DNA of 64,000 bases. It comes from Geosiphon pyriformis uo1 (Eukaryota; Fungi; Glomeromycota). A program made the translations under genes and the position numbers. Location of the stretch: positions 154,314 through 218,313 of the forward strand of contig JAAOMT010000082.1 in assembly GCA_016748015.1 (NCBI GenBank), given 5' to 3'. Positions within the stretch are counted from its first letter, which is position 1. Every line of letters starts with the position of its first letter. Of the stretch, positions 37,126-48,899 are shown piece after piece. The notes under the pieces were generated by a model, which was not told where the DNA came from, made no database searches, and saw only the letters and a list, made by a program, of their open reading frames with translations.

Positions 37126-37476
37126 TTAAGCTCCATCGAAATCGAAGTTAATTTCTTCATTAAATTCTAAGTTACTATAGTGGATCAATACTGTGTTATT
37201 AATTTGTTGTTGTAATTCTTGAAATTGCAAGTTGGTAAGTCGTCCAATACTGTTGGTTGTTATTATGTTCATGGTTGGGTCCAACAATAATTTGTGACAG
37301 TTTTCAAATGCTTTGAAAATTCTGTAAACTGTTTTTGAATGGAATGTAGTGTTGGTTTTTCCAATGAAAGGTTCTAATAGTTGNNNNNNNNNNNNNNNNN
37401 NNNTATTGTTGATGTTTTCTGGAATAAGTATCATTGTTTTAATTTTGACTGCTATTTTGGAATCTTTTGCATGCAT
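37126..37476 (-). pseudogene. Element E ORF3 (gapped/partial)
   Basis: KIKTMIL..TVYRIFKAFEN..TTNSIGRLTNLQFQEL..FDFDGA*, homologous to ORF3 of A, C and D. Confidence 0.65.
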
Positions 37477-37517
37477 TTTTATGGTTGTTAAATCATTTTG
37501 CTGTGATCTAAGATTAA

Positions 37518-38897
37518 TTATCTTTTCGAATAATGTTCAATTAAAACTATTGGTTCTAAATCTCGTGGAATTTGTTCTGGTAGAATTAAAGGTAATTGTG
37601 TTCCAATTCTGGGTGTTTTTGTTGTTATTACTGGTTTACTGTAATAAAATTTCAGCCAGTTACTATGTGCTGCTTTTCTTAATATTTTATCATCTAGTCT
37701 TAGCTTGTATGCTCCATTTCCAAGTATTTTATGAATATAAAATGGTCCATCCCACTTGTGATCAAATTTTCCACTCCACTGTTTTTCCATTTTTGTACGA
37801 TGCAACAATACTTTATCTCTAATTTTGTAGCTAATTATATTATCTGGTAACTGGTTATCATGTCTCACTTTTTGTTGTTCTTGTGATTGTTCAATATTTT
37901 GGGCTGCTTTTTTTCTTTTGTTTTCTAAAGTTCTCATTAATTTGTATGTTCTTCTAAGTAGTGTTTCCTAAAATGTTGCTTCCATGATAGTGTCACTTGG
38001 ATAAGTTGGGATAGTAAGTTCAACTAGTAATGTGGCTTTTCTTCCATAAATTAGTTCAAACAGTGTGAATTGTGTAATATCTTGTTTTACTGTTCTATAT
38101 GCTAGTAGTACTGCTAATATGAACAAATCCCATTCTTTTTCATGTTTGTTACTAATTTTTGCCAGTGATTTGCATAATATGCGATTAAATCTTTCAACTA
38201 ATCCATTTGTTTGAGAGTGGTATGGTGATGACAGTGGTCGCTTGATTCCAAATTTTTGGCTAAGTTCTTTTAAGGTGCTGTTTACGAAGTGTGTGCCTTG
38301 ATCTGATAGCAATTCTTGTGGACATCCATGTCAGCAAATTAAGTCTTCATGTACGAATTGAGCTACGGAAATAGCATCAGCTGTTTTAATAGCTCTAGCT
38401 TCTGGCCATTTGGTGAAATAGTCCATAGCTACTGCAATATAACAGTTGTTTCTTGTTGTTATTGGTAAGGGTCCAACTAAATCAATTCTGATTCTGTCAA
38501 ATAACTATCCAACTTTTATTGGTCTTAATAATTCCATTGTTTTTGCTTCTCCTCTTCATTGGCATGGGTCACAATTTCTTATGTATTGGATTATGTCTGA
38601 ACTCATTTTTGGCCAATAGTAATGGCTAGTTGCACGTTGAATGGTTGCTGTTTTTCCAAAGTGGCCTAAATGAATATCTGAGTGCATGTTGAATAAGATA
38701 GTTTCTTTTTCATCCATGGTTATAACTCTTAATGGATTATCTGGATTTTGTCAATTCCGGTAATAAAGTATGTAATTTTGGATGAAATAGTGTTTTGCTA
38801 ATTTTTGGAGCTTAATTAGCTCTTTTACTGGCATTTCTTCATCTATTTGTAGTGTTTCTAAGTATTGGCTGAGGTTTTTGTAAAGGTGGTTGTTCAT
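37518..38897 (-). pseudogene. Element E integrase, separate ORF, disrupted
   Basis: ATG 38897 (MNNHLYK..); LSDQGTHF..TNGLVERFNR; WDGPFYI GPY/F motif. Confidence 0.9.
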
Positions 38898-38926
38898 TGT
38901 TGTTGTGGCGGGTGGGTTGGTGATTT

Positions 38927-41900
38927 TTATGTGTGTCTCATTTTTGACAAACAGTCGGCATTAGCATTTTTGGTACCTTCTTTGTATTTGATAATATAAT
39001 CATATAGTGCTAACGTTTGTGACCATCTGGTGTATTTTCCTTTTAGCACTTTCTTGTTATTTAACCAGACCAGACCTCTATGATCTGTCGTAATCTCAAA
39101 GGATTGGTACCGTAAATATGTGTCAAAGTGAACACAACTCCAGACTACTGCTAAACATTCAAGTTTATGTGCTGCATAGTTTTGTTCTGCCATACTGAGA
39201 CTTCTGCTGGCATAAGCAATTACACATTCTCTTTCATTATCATCTTTTTGTGACAGAATGGCTCCAAGTTCAGTTTCAGAGACATCTGTGGCCAAAATGA
39301 ATTTCTTGTTGAAATTTGGATAGATCATTATTGGTGATTCAATAAGCTTTTGTCTAAGGTACTCAAAAGCTTTTTGTTGTGCTTCAGTCCATTCAAACTT
39401 CACATTTTTAGATAGTAGGTAATTAAGGAGTTTGGTGATGTTTGAAAAGTTTTCTACAAAGCGGTGGTAGTAAAATATAAGTCCTAAAAAGCTTTTAACT
39501 TCTGAAACGTTTTGAGGTACTGGAAAATTTTTCACTTTGTCTATTTTTGATGGATCTGGTTTTATTCCATCTTTTCCAACTATGTGTCCTAAAAATGCTA
39601 GCTCATTTTTCCCAAAGAAACATTTTTCTAGATTTAGTTTAAGTCCAGCATGTCTCAATCTCTCAAAAACTTGTTGTAAATGTTGGAGATGATCCGTGAA
39701 TTTTGACGAGAAAACATTTGTATTATCCAAGTAGACAACAACGGATTGCCATAGAATTCCAGAGTAAATTATGTCCATTAGTCTTTAGAATGTTGTGGGA
39801 GCGTTTGTTAATCCAAATGGCATTACATTGAATTCATAATTGTCATTTTGTGTTGTAAATACTGTTTTATGCCTGTCTTTTGGGTCCATTTCCACTTGCC
39901 AGTACCCACTGGTCAAGTCCAGTGTAGAAAACCATTTTGCTCCTTCAAAAACATCGAAGATTTTATCAATTAATGGTATTGGGTATGACTTTTTGGTTGT
40001 TTTGCTGTTTAGTTTGTGATAGTTAATGCAAAATCTAATTTTTCCGTTCTTTTTCCTTACTAAAACAACTGGTGAGGACCATAGGCTCATTGATGGTTGT
40101 ATTATTTCTTTTTCCAACATGCTTTGGACTTCTTCTCTGATAAAATTATGCTCCATTGGTGGGACATGGTAAGCGTGTTGTTTTTCAGGTCTGGTGTCTC
40201 CAGTGGGGATTTGGTGTTGAACCAAGTTGGTTCTTCCAAATTTGCCATTTCTTGAAAATATATCAGAGTATTTTAAAATTAATGCTTTTAATTGTCGCTG
40301 TTGGTCAGAATCCATTGTTCCAATATTTAATTTGGCCAATTTTTCTGGCATAAATTGATAGCATTCTAATGGTTGTTGCCAATTTATTGAAGTGAGTTCA
40401 CAGTAGAGGGCGATTTCTGGGAAATTTAGAATTTCTTGTGGTGTTGACGCGTTTTCTAGCTCTGTTCCAAGGTATCCAATGATAGTATCTTCTGGAATGT
40501 AGATGGGTTCTTCTGTGGTGTTTGCGATAGGAATTTTTATCCATTGAGCTTTATCAGCTGGAATAAAAAGGTTAGTAAGTCCTATGAGAAACTGTTGGCA
40601 AGTTTCTGGGTAGGGCTCAAATATTAGGTCTTTTTCTTTAATTGTCCTTTTTATTCTTATTTCTGATTTTCCATATGGTAGGAGCGTGATGGACCGCTCA
40701 TTTTTAATTATTTTGCCTTTTTCCTTTATTGTTTCAGTGAAATTCGCTTCAATTCTTTTTCCTGTCGATCCGAAACCAAAAGTTCCTCTCGTTGTTTGTG
40801 ACAATTCCTCACGATTTTCCACTGGCACAAATTTCCCAATTTTTACCAATGGTAGGAAAATTGCTTGTGCAATCTTTTCCTTAGATTCAATAGTATAAGG
40901 CTTTTCTGAATTGTTNNNNNNNNNNNNNNNNNNNNNNNNNNNNNNNNNNNNNNNNNNNNNNNNNNNNNNNNNNNNNNNNNNNNNNNNNNNNNNNNNNNNN
41001 NNNNNNNNNNNNNNNNNNNNNNNNNNNNNNNNNNNNNNNNNNNNNNNNNNNNNNNNNNNNNNNNNNNNNNNNNNNNNNNNNNNNNNNNNNNNNNNNNNNN
41101 NNNNNNNNNNNNNNNNNNNNNNNNNNNNNNNNNNNNNNNNNNNNNNNNNNNNNNNNNNNNNNNNNNNNNNNNNNNNNNNNNNNNNNNNNNNNNNNNNNNN
41201 NNNNNNNNNNNNNNNNNNNNNNNNNNNNNNNNNNNNNNNNNNNNNGTCCTCGTCGTGTGGGTAGTGCTGTAGTCTTTTTAACGCTCTGTTGAACGCTGCT
41301 TCGAACGGCGTTCCTCCTCTTACCCAGTCACAGATGAGGATCGTGTATTGGCAAGTTGCGTCACACATTCCTCCTCTGCCTGGTAAGTCGTTCCAGTCGC
41401 ACCCTCTTGGTAACGGTTCTCCACAAGCGAGGCACGGTTCCTCGTCCCATTTTCCGTGTCTTTCTGGGTAACCGTATTTTTCTTTGTTACAACGGTTACA
41501 ATAGTAGTGGGTGAGATTTCTTGGGTCTTTGTCTGGTGCGCTGCACGCAGTCATAGACGAGAGTTTCTTCTTGCAAACTGAGCATTCTAGCTTTGGTCTG
41601 TGTCGCTGGTGGTTTCTTCGTGAACTTACCTGGTTCCATTCAGATCTTTCTTCACTAGTCCACGTTGGTATGGCTGGTAGTCCTGTTCTTTGGTCATCAG
41701 CTCAAGAGAGCTGATAGGTTTCGATGGCTGGTAGTGCTGGATTTTCCTCAAATTCGAAGGTAGGTCTTTGGTTGGTGCTGAGTTTTTGGAAGTGGCCACA
41801 GGTGGCTGGAATTTTGGCCTGGTGGCCATTATAATTGATCAGAAGCTCTTGGGTGGTCCAGTCTAGGGTGGCATTGGCTTTTGTTAGCCAGTCATTCCCT

Positions 41901-44301
41901 ACTAACACTTGATATTGTGTAGTGTCTATTACTAATACTTTTGTAGGTATTACTATGCTGTTAATTTTGAAAAGGAATGAGTCGATTTCGCCATGAGGCA
42001 GCTTTGTACTTTTATTGGCTGTTATGATTTGGGATGTTATGGCACAATCAACTTTGAAACCCAGTTAGTTTACTAGTTGAAGCATTACGATGCTTCCAGC
42101 AGATCCACTGTCTAAGATAAGTTTGATTGGAGTATTGTTTACAGTGGCTTCCATATACATAGCAGTGATTGGGCGTTTTTTGTCCAATGCTGCTCCACTG
42201 AACATAGTCTTATTTTCCTCTAATTCAAAGGAAAAATAGCTGCGAGGCTGCTATCTTCGGTGGCAACTGCTGGTGGTATTGTCTGGCTTAATTTGGAGAA
42301 ATTCTTGGTTCTGTTTATGTTTTTACTGTTATTGTTTCCGATAATCAGGTTTTCTGGTATATTAAGATAAGTTTGTTGATAATTTTGGTAGTTTGGATTG
42401 GTTTGCTGATTGGTTCCGGCATGGTTTGGATTCCTCTGGACCAACACATTCTGGTTCCACATGGGCTGATTTTGGGTCTCGGGACGCCAATTCAGGTTGG
42501 CTATCATGGGCTGTTGCTGGTAAGCTCCTTGATTTTGATACGTGGTGGGATATTGGCATGGTATTGGCATGTACTGGTTTCTGGGCATTTGGGGTGGCGC
42601 ATAGTAATTATTTTCACATGCTTCCTACATCATTCACATTCGACATTGACTAATTAAATGTCCTACGCGTTTGCAAAAATGGCAGGCGCGCATTTCTGTT
42701 CTGAATTCCTGGCGCAACGAGCGATTATTTCGACTGTCACTGACTTCCTGGCTGCATCTTTGGGGTGGTTGGTATGTATTTTTTCTCGGATCTGGGATGA
42801 GGTAACTTCCTATTTTTTTAGAAAGTTCCTCTCCTAATCGCGTTACTCTTTTCTCTAATGTTTCTGTCTTATTTTCTTCCATTACCATGTTAACCATTTG
42901 ACTATGGTTAGCTTCTTTCTTAGCTGATTCAAGAGCTCTGGCGAGTGTAATGGCTTCTGGTAAGGAATTAAGGTGGGCAGGGCGTACTCTTCCTAAAATG
43001 CTGCTTTTTAATTCTCTAATAAACTGATTTAAAACCTGAGGATCAGTGTAGTATTCTTGTTCAATCGCTTCAATCTGATGGCAAATTCGATTGAATTGAG
43101 CAAGGTATTGGGTGACAGTTTTACCAGTATTTTGCTTGATAGTATTGAATTTGTTCTGTAGTTAGATTATAGCGTTTGGGTCACTAAAATACTCCAGGAG
43201 TGCATTTTTAAATTCAGCGAAGCTCGTGGGTTTTGCTTTCAGGCTTTGATATCACGAGTCGGCTGTGCCTTTCAGGAAGAAAGGTAATGTTTGAATTGCT
43301 CTTTGGTCATTCCAGTTATTTGCCTGGATGGCTTTTTGTGCTTCTCTGAGCCATGTGTGCACGTCTGTTTCTTCTTCCTCTCCTGAGAAATCTGTTAGTC
43401 TTGCAATGTATGGTGTGGTCATTTCATTGCCATTTTCTGCTGGTGGGTTTATTGGTCTAAGAGGAGGTGGGATGATATTTCCTTGAACGTTCCTAAAGGT
43501 GGCTTCCCTTATATCCAGTTCTTCCTCTTGATCACGAGTTTCTTGGTTTTTGGACTGGCTGCTTGTTCTAGTGACTGGTCTTGTGATTGTTTTTTTGCTG
43601 GTCTCTTTTTCGGATTCCGATTCAGACTCCTCTTTATGGTTTTCAAACTCTGTTCTAAATTTTGGCTGAAAAAGAGGGTTTTGGAATAGTAATGAATATC
43701 CTCCTGTAATTAGTATGTCTCCCCAGTTACATTGTTTAATTTTATCAGTATAACTAGAAGTTCTTGGCATTTGTGGAGTTGATGTTGATAATGATGCAGC
43801 TCCTAATGGAATTTGTATCTTATTTTCTGGTGAAAAATGGTATGATTTATCTTCTGGTGAATAAATATGTTGTTTTTTTATTGATTGAGTGACAGTTTTC
43901 TTTGGCGTTTGAGCTGGTGTTCCTAGTTTTTGCTGGTTACTTTCCTGATTAGTTTCTAAATTTTCTTTGGTTTTGTTGGCGCGTTCCCTAGTGTTTCCTG
44001 TGGATATTGGAAAATTTTTGTTGGCGTATTGCTCAATTTCTCGATGGATTTTGACAATGGTTGCGGCTATTACTGCTACTTCTTTTGTAGTGTATTGTGA
44101 TAATTCTCTATACAATCCAAGTTTTGTGTCATGTGGTTATTTTTTTTTTCTTATATGATAATTTATTCTGGCGTTGATATAATAAGTGAGAGCAGATTCT
44201 GCTGGACAACACCCTTCTAGTAATCCAAAATCACTTTGATTTTGTGTGTAAATAGCACGGCAGAATTCAAGAACAGTAAGATTAGGGGTTTTTGTTGCCA
44301 C
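38927..44301 (-). pseudogene. gag-pol: Element E Gag-PR-Cys-rich-dUTPase-RT-RNase H
   Basis: Knuckle CHFCKRVGHLISQC; LILDSGSAGS; Cys-rich domain; dUTPase end KIAQAIF..RGTFGFGSTG; RT and RNase H in ORFs 39785-41554 and 38927-39778. Confidence 0.92.
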
Positions 44302-44384
44302 TTTTGTCTCTTCCTTTTTAGCAATGAATTATTGCTAATTATTATTTCCTTTTTTGATTTTCTTTCCTTATAGGGTTCACCAAA

Positions 44385-45256
44385 TGTTATGGGCTGGTTT
44401 TCTTGTTATATTTAATTGCTGATATCCCATTTTAATTGCAATCAGTCTTTTGTGAGTTCCTCAATTCTATTTGTGTGATAATATCACTGTTACACTGAAG
44501 GCTTTCTTTTTACTGTTGCAATGTAAGTTATTCTTCAATTCTTGATTGTTGTGTGTGTTTATGTACTCCTTCTCAGAGGCTGAACTGAAATCTACCCACT
44601 GTTTGGGGTCTTCTCTGAGGCTATTCTTGCAATTGCCTGATGTGTTTCTCTAATCTAGAAACACAGAATGTTAATGGTCTTTAGTGCTTTTCTAATTCTT
44701 ACAATAAAGCTTTTATCAATTAGTAACAACGTGAATAATCTTGATCAAGGATTATTCTTCCAAGGGATTCAGTTGATGAATGATAGTTTCATTCAATAAA
44801 TAATACAAGTTTCTTAATATTTTGGGTTGTGATAGTTCAGTTTTAAATATTCTTTTTCATTTCTTTTTGATTTTAAAGGTTTCTTGGGATATTTAATTTG
44901 AAAGTATGATTTAAAGTAGAGTTTGTTGGATAAAATTGGATCTATTGCTTGATAAGTTATGATTTTTATTACTTGATTGATTATTTCCCAATATTAAAAT
45001 TACTGTATATATACATGGTTGTAGTTCTACAAGAAAACACATTGTAATACTTTCTTTTTGATATTTCAACCTGGTGTTTGCTGCTATCACCAGTTGGTGT
45101 TGGCTGCTATTGTGAATTGGTACTTGCCACTATCACGAGATGGTGTTTGCTACTATGTTAATCATTACCTTTTTAAGATTATTACTGTGCTATATTATGA
45201 TTGAATAGTTTGTATTATTTTTATGATTCTTTTTGCTAAATTCTTAAACCATAACA
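44385..45256 (-). repeat. 5' LTR of element E
   Basis: TGTTATG...ATAACA termini; ~20-bp U3 repeats near 45070-45160. Confidence 0.92.
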
Positions 45257-45260
45257 ACAC

Positions 45261-46356
45261 TGATCTATTAGTTGGAAACTTCGAAAAAACAAAAACAATT
45301 CAGAAAACTTTAACTTACTATTATTGGCCTACCTTGAAAAAAGACATTGCTGAATACATCAAAATCTGTAACATCTGCCAAAGAAGAAATAAACCCAATT
45401 GCAAAAAAGATATCCATCCAATCTCTGTTGGTCAACCATTTGACAGAATTAACATAGATGTTGTTGGACTTTTGACAATAACTCCTAATGGCAACAGATA
45501 CATTATCACAGCTACTGATTATCTTATAAAGTGGGTAAAAACAAAAGCCACTTCAGACCAAACAGCAGTCTCAATAGCCAATTTCATTTATAAAAATATT
45601 ATCTGCTGTTATGGCTGCTTCAAAGAACTTTTATCTGATAAAGGAAGAGCTTTTTTCAGTACACTGGTTGAAAAACTTTGTAGAAAAATGAGAATACATC
45701 ATAAACTTTCCTCCCCTTATCACTCTCAAACAAATGGCCTAGTAGAACATTTTAATAGAACACTATGTGAAACTCTAGCCAAAACCAGTAAAGAAACAAA
45801 CTTATGGGACAAAGTGCTGCCTTCAGTTTTGTTTGTTTATAAAACTGTGAATTATAACATAACAAGTTATGAACTTTTTTATTTGCTCTATAAATGTATG
45901 GCAACACTACCAATAGAAATTGATATTAAGACAATACCATTTAAAAAGATCACAATAGGAAATTACAAAAACATTTTACAAAGAAGACTTAATACTATTC
46001 TTGGTTTCTTGATAGAAGCATAAATAATTGCTTTTGAAAAGATAAAACAGTCTCAAGAAAAGCTTAAAAAGAAGAAAACCTATAAAACACTTTTTTTAAA
46101 TGTTGGTAATTTGGTATTGGAATACCATTTAAATAGAGACAATGTCTATAGTAATAAATTCTCTAGCTGATGGAAAAAACTCTTTATAGTCAACAAAGTT
46201 TTGAACAATAGTTCTTATATTCTTCAAGATCAATCCAGAACAATTTTCAATGATCATTTTGTTCATGGTACACGACTCAAGAAATATTATAAACGACCTA
46301 ATTGGTTGCCTGTTGTGATAATACTGACCCAAATAATCAGCAAAAATCAAGTATAA
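45261..46356 (+). pseudogene. Element B integrase, 3' part
   Basis: YYWP..CNICQ..INIDVVG..LSDKG..TNGLVEHFNR..VHGTRLKKY; joins NMH|TDLL across E. Confidence 0.9.
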
Positions 46357-46397
46357 ATAAATATATTATTCCCAAAACAGAGATATCTTCAATCAAC

Positions 46398-47014
46398 ATG
46401 AACAATTATTTTCTGGATCAAAACATTCAAAACGTCTTCTATACTCTCCATAAGTATTGGATCAAAAACTATCTAAATGCTACTCTGACTATTGGAAAAC
46501 AGACCACCATAACTGATAACAATGGAATACATACTATTATTAGACCAAAAAAAACTACTACCAGAAGAGAAAGAATTGGTAGCAAAATAGATAAATACCT
46601 ATTGGAAAGTATAACAGCAGCTATACTCCTACCTTCCAGCACTATTGAAAAAACAATCCAAGAAATCTTGTCTATAAACAAAAATTTGTCATATGGAAAA
46701 CAATTAGAACTCTATGGTTGTCTTGAAAAAATCATAGAAAACATGAAACTCTTGAAGAAAACAACTTCAGAAATACAGACAGAAATTTTGGGCATTATAT
46801 AATTAGATATTTCAAAAGTTTTAACTATTACTAAAAGAGCCAAAACTCTAATACAAAGATTTGGTCTCTTGAATACAAAACTTATTTTGCTTCAAGTACT
46901 ATATACCTTATCCACAAAAGATTTTAACAAACTAGTTAACTTTGAGTTAGATAAATCCCTTCAAATAGATTACACCATGAATAGCTTGATTTCGCTGGAG
47001 CTCAATCTCTTTGA
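46398..47014 (+). pseudogene. Element B ORF3, divergent homologue
   Basis: MNNYFLDQNIQNVFYTL..SITAAILLP..LYTLSTKDFNKLV; same position and length as ORF3 in the other elements. Confidence 0.6.
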
Positions 47015-47023
47015 AGAGGATAA

Positions 47024-47689
47024 TGTTACAGTTAAAATTTATACTTCTTATTAATTATCACATGTATTAGCCACAGATGTTACATAATTAGTCATTCTAT
47101 TTTTAGATAGTAATCATTAACCTGATTATTGACCTAGTTGTTAACCTGATTATTGACCACTTTTGATAGCTATATAAGCAATGAATCTTTTAGCTATAGA
47201 AAAACATATAAGAATCAAAAAAAATAAAAAATAAAATAACAACTTCATTTCAATCCTTCTCTTTTTGCTAATTTTCCTTTCCCTATCTTCAAGTATCTAA
47301 ACATTTTAAAGATAAAAGATTACTTATTGGTTATTTTCTACTTTTTTCCTGAAACATGTAATTATAGTATTTGAAGATTATTGAATAAAATGTGACTAAA
47401 AAGTACATCTAATACCTGATATTGAATTCTAAGAGCACTGACATAAGGCATAGAATTATACCAGTGTGTAATCATTTGTTGACAGTACAGACTATCTCTT
47501 TACCTTCAGATTCCCTGGTTATCTTTTGAAAAGTATAGCGACTGAGATATTTTATGAAACTAATCTCACATATTGAATCTATATTCATTCAATTTGCTCT
47601 TTGAAGTTAAATTCTCTTTGATTCCTTTCATCACCCTACAATTCTGTTTTCCTTTGCTATTTATTAGCTTGTTACTCCAACTTGTAATA
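47024..47689 (+). repeat. 3' LTR of element B
   Basis: Direct repeat of 10672-11397 with four rather than nine 12-mers (60 bp shorter). Confidence 0.93.
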
Positions 47690-47693
47690 ATAG

Positions 47694-48620
47694 ATTAAAA
47701 TATGTAATAGATTTATTAAGTTTTTTGGAAACATTTACTTAAACAAAACAAACAAAATAATAATTAATTTTGGTCTTTCAAACAGTTATAAAGTATTGAA
47801 CAGGCTTGATTATGTGAAATTTTTTTCTCACTTCTTTGAAAAATTTTCTATAACTCTCTGTTATATAAACTCAAAAAACATGAACATTTGTATAATTACA
47901 AGATTGATTCAAAATATATAATAAAATTTAGCAAGATAGAAATTCAAGCTGGCATAACTATTTATCTTGCTGTTAAAATATTTGTAAATAATACTATTTG
48001 AATAAACTATAATTAAACTGCTATATAATACATTTTAGACATAACCAGTAAATTTTTTACAATTAATAACATTTTTATAAACAATAAAAAAACTGTCACT
48101 ATTCCTATTAATTAAAGAGTTAATAATGTTTTCTTAAGTATTAGCAGCTTATTTATTACAATGGCCAAAAAGAACAAATTACATTATTATTTGGACATAT
48201 TTTTATTAATGAAAGAAATATCAAAGCCTAGTTTGATCAAAGCACAATTGAATATATAATTCTTTTCAAACATAATATTACAGAAAGCTATTTCTAATAA
48301 ACAATTTTGTTATATGGTTTCCTTGGTTTTATAGTTTATTATTAATTATAAAATGCAATTTAATTTTATTTTTAAGAGTATTTGCACCAAATAGGACACA
48401 ATAATTAAAAAAAGTCTGAAGCTTAAGTTAAGTTTTTCACATGATTTTTTTACAGATGCTTTGTTGTATTTATCTTTTTATGGAGTAAAAACTTTTGGCC
48501 AAGTTTAAGCCAAAAACAAAATTTCTTTCATTATAAGTTTCATAAACACTCTGGGTGTTCTAAGATAGCTTTTTATCTATTAGTGTTTGGATTTGCAAAT
48601 TTTAAGTTGGTTACTAATGC
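47694..48620 (+). pseudogene. Decayed LINE RT fragment, part 3
   Basis: IKICNRFIKFFGNI..NFGLSNSYKV..IFVNNTI* (=AFVDDTIW)..YLDIFLL..DLQILSW, collinear with the LINE ORF2 at 58350-59260. Confidence 0.8.
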
Positions 48621-48899
48621 ATTTATTGTGTTATTCTATTACAGTTAAAAAGATTTTAAATTTCGTAGATCAATTCTGGAATAATCCACAAAAAATTCTT
48701 GTAATCTAATTGGTGTTTAGTATTATTAGCATAGAAAATTTGATAATACTTTATTGATCAAATACTTCAAATAAAAATCAAAACTAACAGTAAAAACATA
48801 CTTTTATAAACACAAAGTTTCAAAATTCATAAGGATCCACACAATTTTACATAGTAGTTTTTTATTAAATTGGATTTAAAATTACATCTTGCTTTATAA

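Larger units (their letters stand above)
36022..45256 (-). mobile_element. Ty3/Gypsy LTR retrotransposon E (distinct family), inserted in the integrase of B; contains N-gaps
   Basis: LTRs 36022-37106 (gapped) and 44385-45256; TSD ACAC at 36018-36021 and 45257-45260; PBS TGGTGAACCCTATAAGG 44366-44382; PPT AAAAGAGGGAATAA 37107-37120. Confidence 0.94.
10672..47689 (+). mobile_element. Ty3/Gypsy LTR retrotransposon B (~7.7 kb own sequence, expanded to 37 kb by nested C, D, E)
   Basis: LTRs 10672-11397 and 47024-47689; TSD ATAG at 10668-10671 and 47690-47693; PBS TGGTGCTCCCTGTGAG 11404-11419; PPT GAAGAGGATAA 47013-47023; reading frames rejoin across the insertions. Confidence 0.95.
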
